From assembly GCA_009602735.1 (NCBI GenBank), contig WELA01003365.1:317768-337767 (forward strand): a stretch of DNA of 20,000 nucleotides, written 5' to 3'. The position numbers and the translations under genes are program-made. The notes under the pieces were generated by a model. That model did not search any database, was not told where the DNA came from, and worked only from the letters and a program-made list of their open reading frames with translations. Position 1 is the first letter of the stretch. Every line of letters begins with the position of its first letter. Positions 1 through 8,300 of the stretch are shown here, in pieces. The stretch is from Mesotaenium endlicherianum (Eukaryota).

Positions 1-207
1 AATTCTTCAACCTTCTTCATTTATAACCATTAAGTGAAACAAAATACATCGAAATAACTAACACCCCCGCCTCGGAGGTCTATTGTGCCAGGCTGTGAGG
101 TTGGAGCCTACGATCCCTTGTCACAGAAAATATACACCACGTCCAGATCCGCTCCCTCGTCTCCCACTTTCCCCTGTTTTCCTCTCTCTTATTCTTTTAC
201 CAATGAA

Positions 208-857
208 ATGAATCATCTTCGTTTGACTACTCTCGTTTTCCTTGAAGCTCACACAGGGAACATCTTGCAAAACGAGTTGGACGCTGCAATAATAAAAATA
301 CGCAAGCTTGGGAAGAAGTCATTCTTTTAAAGACGGAAGATGACAAGATAATAATACAATCAACAAGTGATGGCAGGAATTTACAGGTGCAGGCGTCTGG
401 GCGGTGTGTATTTGCTAACCACAATCAGGGCCTGTGGGAAAAGTTTGATGTTGAAAGTGATGAACATGGACGCGTGTACTTTATTAGCTGCCATACTGGA
501 AATGTCATGCAGTGTAATAGGGAGAAATACGCTTGGTGTGACAACAAAAATCGACTGGAGTGGGAAGCTTGGAAAATCATTTCTCCAAGAACGCGTAACG
601 ACATGAACCATGCATTGGGAACAATTTGCCAGGCTGTTTCGTGTGCAGCTGTTGTCCTTGTGTCAGGCGTTGTGGCCAGCGCACTTGTGCCTGTTGCTAT
701 GGCAAGTTTTGGGACTGTTGTTGCTGGCATAGGAACATATCACGCTCCATTGAGTGCTGGTGGTTTTGCTACGTTTTTGCAAGCATCTTCGGCAAAGTTA
801 CTTTCACCAGCAGCTATATCTTGTGGTCTATCAACAGGAGGTATGATAAGGCATTGA
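208..857 (+). pseudogene. Frameshifted gene (pseudogene or sequencing error) for a fascin/actin-crosslinking-like beta-trefoil repeat protein with a hydrophobic Gly/Ala-rich C-terminus
   Basis: ATG 208 opens MNHLRLTTLVFLEAHTGNILQNE. From about 279 a second frame (open 246-857) reads GRCNNKNTQAWEEVILLKTEDDKIIIQSTSDGRNLQVQASGRCVFANHNQGLWEKFDVESDEHGRVYFISCHTGNVMQCNREKYAWCDNKNRLEWEAWKII. Joining the frames gives three ~40-aa repeats ending N-x-N-x3-W-E. HTGNILQ in frame 1 matches HTGNVMQ in repeat 3. The tail (AAVVLVSGVVASALVPVAMASFGTVVAGIG) is hydrophobic. A possible 55-nt intron 841-895 (gtatga...ctttgtctgcag) would move the stop to TGA 913-915. Confidence 0.6.
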
Positions 858-1050
858 GCAGGTGTTCAATCTTGTCACAACCCCTTTGTCTGCAGGCAAA
901 AGTCAAAGTGGTTGAAAGAGGGGAATTAACAAGGGTTCTCTGCTTAGGGAGGGGTTCTTTTGACTTTAGTTTTTTAACAAAGGAAAATTTGTAGTTCTCG
1001 ACACCATAGTACTTGGGGATATGCAATGGCAATCACTTAGGTCTATTAGA

Positions 1051-1218
1051 AGATTCATGTGTTTGAAAACTGAAAGACTTGTATGCCTTTTTTATATTCA
1101 AATTCTACTAATTTTGAAGTTGAAGAACTCTTACAAACTCGACGTATAGATTCATGTATTTGAAACGTGAATGACTTATAAGAACCTGTGGGCAAATGGT
1201 CTACTATAATTTGAAGCG
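1051..1218. repeat. Degenerate two-copy direct repeat, period about 96-97 bp
   Basis: agattcatgtgtttgaaaactgaaagactt at 1051 vs agattcatgtatttgaaacgtgaatgactt at 1148. tctacta...tttgaag at 1104 and 1200. Confidence 0.6.
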
Positions 1219-2504
1219 GTGTTATTATTTTTGAAAAATCTCTTTGTACACGATGTCATCAGGAAAACATTTCCGAGAGTCCATCTCTCTCCTTTTGCAA
1301 GCCACTTTTTGACACATTGAGGATTAAATGCTCTCTCATGAAGTTACCTAAAGTTGTCCATGTGAAAATACAGGCTCTGGTAGATGTAGACTGAAGGAAC
1401 CAAAAGTCTGCCCTTACAAATGGTTGATATCAGTGAAAGTGCCGCCCGAACAGGAAATTTTATACTTTTTTTAAATGTACAAATCTTTGTTAAAATATAG
1501 AGGAATTGGAGGGAGAATCTGTTTCCAATATAAATTCACCATCTCCAGATATAACTTCAGCATAGAGGACATGAGAACAAATTGCACTGCGGATTTGCTA
1601 TTATTTCTTCTTGATTAAAGTGGAATTGAAGACACCCACCCATTTGGCTAGTGACGAGTCACAGAATGGTATCAGCTTACTAAAAAGTTGGGAGAAATTC
1701 CTTTCATATTTTATTAAGTTTGGAAGTTGTTGATCCTCAATAGAGGCAAAGTAATGATCACTTATGACTGGGAATGAAGTGCAGGAGGAGGATGTTCATA
1801 GTCTGGTTTGTTACACATATGACAATGTTGAGCCGATGTTCTAGTAATGATGTTCATTTTGAAGAGCTGTAGCGTGCTGCATGTTTGAAGCAGAAGCAGA
1901 AGCAAATTAATAATGCCCCCTTTCTTCATTTTTTGTGTTCTTGTATATTGGGTGTTTTTGTCACCGGCCTATTCATGCTAAAATTCAAAGACTGTTATAT
2001 TCACTATAAGCGGTATTTGTATTTTCTTTCTAATCGTCAGCATTGCCCTCACTGAGCTACTTAGGCTTGTTGAATCCTGAAACGCTTCGTAATCACTGTA
2101 AGTGTATGAATCACTAAGTAGGTTCAGATTGTCACGCATGGGCTACCTTGAGATTTGAAACATGCATCTCACACTTCATTGTTGCTCCCTTCTTCATAAT
2201 GTTACTTGGCAAAAGAGTCTCCTTCAAACAAACTGGAAGCATATTTGCTGGCACATAGTCCACTCTTAGCTAAGGTGCAACCAAATGTAATATACGGCAT
2301 TTACACCAGAAAGAAAAAGCGTCGCTGAGATTCGTCAAAGACTTAGGCAGACCTAAAATCACGGAAGAATACTCAAGGGGGATGCCAATGCACTGCTGTT
2401 GACAAGAAAGCTTCCTTGTTTACATCCCATAAGTTACATGCGTGGTAACTTTGTCCTTAGTAGTTATTACCCAAGGAACAGTGAATAGCATCGACAGTGA
2501 TGGC

Positions 2505-4104
2505 CTACTCCATCTCGTCACCAGCCCCAAGCTTGTGGCCCGTCCCACGAGGACGCAACCCCAAACGGAGTGCTTTCTCATCCAGTTCCTTAAGCTTACG
2601 CTGCTTAGCAAGCTCCTCATTGGCAGCCTTCCTCTCTGCCTGTTCTTCCTGCCGTACTTCAAGGTCCCCTTGTTGATTAGCCAGCATCTCTTCCTTTTTC
2701 AACCTCATCTCTTCTTTCTCACCTGCCCACATCACCACAAGAAGAATGAGAACGATGTTGCACCAAAGCTTATGTTGATTAATAGCTCAGCTGACTAGAC
2801 ATTCCATGTATTCAAAGCTCCCCTTAGCTCTCACTCTTTTAGCACTTCTGCTGCTCAAAGGCAGGCTGACTCGCACTAGCACAGCTAAGCTTACGAAGAA
2901 GCATAAATCAAAGCGGCACTGTCTTGAACCAACTTTCAGAAACAATGCCTTCCTCAGCAGACAATGTGCAGATACGTGATCAGACTCTCTCCCTCCCCCC
3001 CCTCCCCCCCCCTGCCGGCAGGGCCCTTCCCACTGCCTCCCTTTTTTCTCTCCAGCACTGGGTTTGATAAGAGCCAATCATCTTTGCAGGATCCATAACA
3101 TGTACACTAGCAAACAAGTGAGCAGGTAAGCTTCACAACATCCCGCCAGTCTTTTTGCTGGCTAGCAACGGGTTTCATAGGTTCAGGTCAGGCCTGAGGA
3201 TCTAGGGTTAAGGAGGGCCTTGAAAACTCGCAGACAATTATATTATTGCATCAGCCGCGAATGTACTTGTCGCACAAGCTTCACCCTGCGTCAGCTGCAC
3301 TGTATATCAGAACGACCTTCAGATGGTTGTGCAAAATACATCAGTCAAGCAACATCCAGAATGCAAGAGAAGCTGGAGGTAGCACGTCACAAGCAAGCAC
3401 CTTGTGAAAGCTCGTCTTCGCGTCCAAGCCGGTGGCCCGTCCCCGGAGGCCGCAATCCATAGCGAAGTGCTTGCTCATCGAGCTCCTTCAGCTTTGCTAG
3501 CCTGGCAGCCTCCTCCTTAATGGCCCGCTTCTCCGCCACCTCCCCCTTGATCTTATTCACCAGCACCTGCTGTTTCTCGTGCGCAATGCGCGCTAGCCGG
3601 TCATACTCCGCCTTCTTCTCTGGTTCTGCATGTATTTAATCAAGTGTCATGTCAAGTCCATTATGCTATACTCCCACACTGTGATTAAGTTTAGAAGACC
3701 CATCTTTCTTAGTTGCTATTTGTTAGTATGCTTCAAGGTGGAAGTACAACAAAAGTAAGAACCAACAATCTCCCATGAATCTACCCTGACAGCCAATCCA
3801 AAGTCGACGTGAAGAAGCTCTGGGAAGTAAGATAGGCAGGGCATGCATATCAGCATTGCATTTGCTTGCAGCGAAAGTGGAAGAGGAGCTGCAAGGTTGA
3901 ACGATATACAAAGAAGGAAAATGGGTTATGTTGCAACATTGGGAAAGGAGGATCAATACCCATAACTGGATCCGGAAGTACGTACTTCTCCAGCACCCAA
4001 AAAACAGTGGGCTGAATCCAATACACAGAAAATACTGCAAGCAAAATGTACCATCCATATGCCCGCATGAAGATCCAGAAGGCCTCCGCGTAGTCAACCG
4101 CCAT
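2505..4104 (-). CDS. SELENOS/VIMP-like single-pass membrane protein, about 195 aa, with two tandem coiled-coil + SHP-like (GTGH[RK]LG) modules and no selenocysteine
   Basis: Exons 4104-3960, 3625-3401 and 2722-2505 are joined by GT-AG phase-1 introns into an uninterrupted 588-nt frame ending TAG. The N-terminal TM segment AYGWYILLAVFSVYWI resembles SELENOS YGWYI. It is followed by EP and a charged helix, as in SELENOS. Gene structure is more certain than the family call. Confidence 0.72.
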
Positions 4105-5314
4105 AGCGTCAACTATATAAGTCGAGAGTCCAAGAGCTTGTGCTCAGCTTACAACCAGTAACTATTGAGTATGCTCTCCAGAGCAAACTAGCATGTAACT
4201 TCTTCACACTCTTGGTACAGCAAGCCACGATGCACAAGAAGCGCCTCCTGACAGCTGCTGGTTTTTACTAAATCTAGCTTCTTACAAACATGTTCGTAAC
4301 AATCGCGCATTTGAGTCTCGATCGCATAAGCACCATTCAGGAACATTCGAGTGCTTAGGCCCGGTTTATTCGTGCTTATTCGTGCTTGTCGACGCTTGTC
4401 GATGAAACATGATGTTATATGAGCACGAGCACAGTGCTACGGCTTGTCTTACATCCTGCCTATTTCGTACGCCCTCGATGAACTAATCTTTGTGGCAGGG
4501 TGTGCTCTGTCGCAACATGTTAAGGAGATCAGGGAATGCTCCATGCTGGTGAACTTGTGGCCCATCAGACATGGATGGTACCTGCCCGCTCCTCCTCTCA
4601 CGCAGAACGTAGAGAGTCCAGTGGATGCTTGCTTCCTACCCTTCCTCAATATCTTGAAGTGTAATACGCTGAAGCATGTGATCTGCTCAAGGTTCCTAAT
4701 ATGACCATCCGCACAAACTTGAGCTAAGACATGACTGACAGTTGAAAAATGGCCTCATGCTCTGCCTGCTGTGAACACGTTTCAAGGAAATGTCAGGCTC
4801 TAGGCTTGACCCTCAAGATTCTAGATGTAAATACTGAGTCAGCTTTGTAATTTCTCCATATAAGCACCATGTAATCTTTGATGTACTCATCATAAACATG
4901 CTTGAGTGGAAACCAATTATATATGCAGACGTTGCGGCTGCATATGCATCAGGGCTCACAGTCAGACTTGGAGTTCAGAGAGAGGGAGCTTATGTGAGCT
5001 CCAATTGCATTAACAGTCATACGCGTCTATCTCTGGTGCAGATTTCAGGTAAATGTTAGGTTCAAACTGAACAGGAAACTCAGAAGCTTCATGGAGTCTA
5101 CTTTTTAGACTTTCGGTGGGAATCTCTGCTTCACTTTCCCTGCTAGGAAATTTCCACTTCATCCTATTAGATTGCCAGGCTTGTATATGAAAAGTGGGAC
5201 TGCAAGTACAACTTAATACTTACTTCAGCTTTTTGCTTAGACTGGTTGAGCTTAAAGTCAAAAAGTTATACCTTCCTTGCTCCACACAGGACAACAATTG
5301 TTTTACTTCTCCAG
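4105..5314. promoter_or_regulatory. Divergent intergenic region (likely bidirectional promoter plus 5' UTRs) between the SELENOS-like and HESO1-like genes
   Basis: The genes are head-to-head, with ATGs at 4104 (-) and 5324 (+). There is a cluster of GTGCT/AGCAC motifs at 4329-4438. Transcription starts cannot be placed from sequence alone. Confidence 0.4.
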
Positions 5315-5323
5315 TCTTCATAC

Positions 5324-8300
5324 ATGGCTGAAGGTGGGATAATAAGTGCATTTACCTCGAGCAGACCTGAAAAGCACATTCCGTCTCTACCTTGTCAGCT
5401 GAAAGATAAAGGCTCGGAGCTTGGTCGGGCATTGAGCATGGGGCAGCAAGCAGAAACTCTACATGTGACAATATTCTTTCTGCTGGTGCAGTTGTGGTCC
5501 AGGCAAACGAAGCAGCAGAGGCTGCCAAGTTGACATGGGCACCTGGCGCTGCTCAGGCCCTCTCATCGCTGCTGGAGGTTGTCGTCAGTAGGCTGGAGCT
5601 CGGCAGTGCTGACATCAGTGCACGACGGGGCCTGATTTTGCGGATTAAGAATCTCGTGCATGTGACTGAGCCAGGTATGCTGTGCAGGCAGCCCATCTTT
5701 TGGGTGAGGTGCATTTCTTCGTTGACTTACTGACAATAAATACCTGTCCACGAAGGTGTACTTACTCCTGATCATGTTCAGAATTTATCCTAAACGCTAT
5801 GTTGCAGTCTCTGGTACTGTGTCTATCTGTTGCCCTTCAGCCTGCAGAACTCGTTGATTAGGACCACTCTAAACAGGTCAAGCTGCAGCTTGACTCGCAC
5901 GTGCAAATCATAGGCGAACAACAGTTAGTTGTTCAGTGCATACAAATGTAACCCACTTCAAATTCCAAGCAGCAACACGGGCCACGGATTGCTCCAGCTA
6001 CTCATGATTCTAGTGGTGTTTGGGTGGGGTTGCTGGGGGGCGTGCTGTCAAGACAGGCACTGATGTGGCATGTTTTGGCTCTTTCGAGAAAGGTCTCTCG
6101 CTGCCTGGATCTGATCTGGACCTTTCGCTGGACTTGTCGTGCCACTCTATCCGTAAGTTTCGGAATGGCGAAGAGACTCAAGAAGATAAGGTGGGTATCC
6201 TCAGGCGGTTGCTCCGCTTGCTCTATTCCATGGCCCGAGGTGAACTCTTTGTCCTCTTACTCTCTCTCCCAATCTCTCTCTCTCTCCCTCTACCTCTCAC
6301 CCGCTTCCCTCTCCCCCATTCCCTCCCCCCCATACATCGCTCCCTCCCTCTCTCTGCCTTTCACTCGCTGGCGTGCCCGTGCAAATTTCTGACATGTTCT
6401 GCACATTTACTGCAGGCACTGCTCGTGTGTCCTCTCTGTGGCCCTTCTCCTACCTAAGCTACACCTCAGCACTCTGTCAACCAGTCAGTTCGCACCCTCT
6501 TATGGCCGCAGCTGGCTAGCGTCACTAAGGGGCGCTGCTGCGCTGGGAGGCTACCAGCCAGTGGAGTGAGGCCAGGCCAGAGCCCACTGCGAATCTCTGC
6601 TGTCATATTCTGCGCCATGTGTTCCAGGCGGGCCAAACTCCAGGCCCGTTATCTGAAACCCTGCTGTGTTCCGGGCCTCCCTGTGGCAGAGGGCCAGATA
6701 AGCAAGCTGTCGCCGGTGCTGAGGGCCTCGGTGCCCGTGGTGAGCTTCGTGGAGTGTGGCACGGGCGTGTCGTGCGACGTGACGGTCAGCAACTACGACG
6801 GCATGTTCCGCTCGCGCGTGCTGCGCATGATCATGCCTCTCGCCCCCCACTTCCGCCCCCTCTGCTTGCTGGTTAGTGTACCTGCCCCTCCCACACCCCT
6901 CCCCCCCCNGCACCTCTGCGATCTGCGACCACATGGTGCGCTTCAGCCATGTAGGGTTGAGATCTGCAGGGACTTGGCAGCTCTTTGCTTGTTCTGCTTC
7001 CGTGCAAAACCAACTGGCACAACTCATTGGCTCTCACTCTCTCTGTCCCTTCCTCCCCACCAGGTAGCTATGGATCGTGGGGAGGTGAGCTCTTCTCTCC
7101 TCTGGACCATGCACCACTCACTTAAATCTCTGTATGGATATTTTGGAATTCCTGAGGCGATTTGTTGGTCCGGGGACTGGCCGTGAGTCAGCACGCCAGG
7201 TCATACCTGCCATAGGGTTAACTCCACCTGCTCAGGCAGCAGCCCACCGGCCCCTACGCGCCCTTTCACGTGCACCAGCTGGCGGGAGAACTGTGGGGCA
7301 GCGCATATCATTCACAATGCACACTCCTCTCCTCTGCGGGCGTGGGCAAGCAGGTGAAGGCGTGGGCCAGGTGGCAGGACGTGAACGCCTCCACCAGGGG
7401 CACCCTCAACTCCGTCTCGTGGGTGCTCCTTGTCGCCCTGCACCTCCAGGCATGCTATGCTGCACTCTTTCCTTCTCTCTCTTTTCTCTTGGGTAGCTGG
7501 CCACCTGTCAGGCATCGATAGGATCACCATGTATGCTGGCTTGGAGGGGCTACTGGGTTGCATTTAACTCCAGCGCTGCCACTAGCATATGTATTTAAGT
7601 ATTGCTCGTAGCAAAGGAAGGGGACAAGGCAGCTGGCGGCATCTAGCAAGAGAAGCTGCTGCTCTCATTGCAAGCAGAGGGGGAGCAAGAGAGTGGTGCC
7701 TGTGGTTCTGACTATGATGGTGTCTGCCTCGTCAATCGCTGCGGATCCATCACTGGCAGGGGAGGTTGCCCTGAGGCATGCCCGCCAGCTGGCACGTGCA
7801 GTCCAGCCCTTGTATGCCTGTCACCCTTTTCTTGCACTCCCCGTACAGCCACAAGCTGTGAGCTCCCCGCACCGTGTGTGCCCTTGTGCTCCCAGTGCAA
7901 GCATGGCTGGGACGTACTGCTGGACAGGGAATGTGCCCCCTGTGGGCCAGAGGTGCAGGCGCGCGGCACTCTCATGTCTGGATGCAGCTCACGGAGGTGC
8001 TGGGCTGGGCTGGGCCGGGCTGCTTTTGTGTGGGCAGACGAGGTCCCCTCCCCTCCTGCCACCCTTCTCCGAGATCGTGGGCCCAGACGCAGGTCAGCAG
8101 CGGTCAAAGCATGGCGTTGTGCCACTTGTCCTGAGCATGCAGCTCGTGGCACGATTCATGCAAAGCAAGCAAAAGCTCCGCTTCTGTATGCGTGTGCGCA
8201 TGTGAGCGCGTGTGTGAGTGCGCGCTTGTGTGTGCATGTTTCTTTCGTCTCTGTCCCCCTATGAGGTTTTTGAAGCTGTAAAAACCTTCAAAGTGCCCTC

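Noticed and set aside
3020..3085. SECIS-like string on the - strand in intron 2 of the SELENOS-like gene (ATGA-12 nt-AAA-ccagtgctgg), downstream of the read-through TGA
   Set aside because: The 5' spacing fits, but the 3' arm does not pair into helix II and there is no correctly placed GA quartet. A second ATGA near 3178 lacks the AA at the right distance.
6895..6912. Ambiguous base n at 6909 in a C-run and the 206-aa ORF running through it
   Set aside because: This is an intronic homopolymer sequencing uncertainty. The exon ends at 6871.
7668..8264. Cys-rich 198-aa ORF and neighbouring ORFs
   Set aside because: They lie in TG-rich HESO1-like introns, and the Cys richness reflects tgt/tgc composition. 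Only 8038-8092 is supported as an exon.
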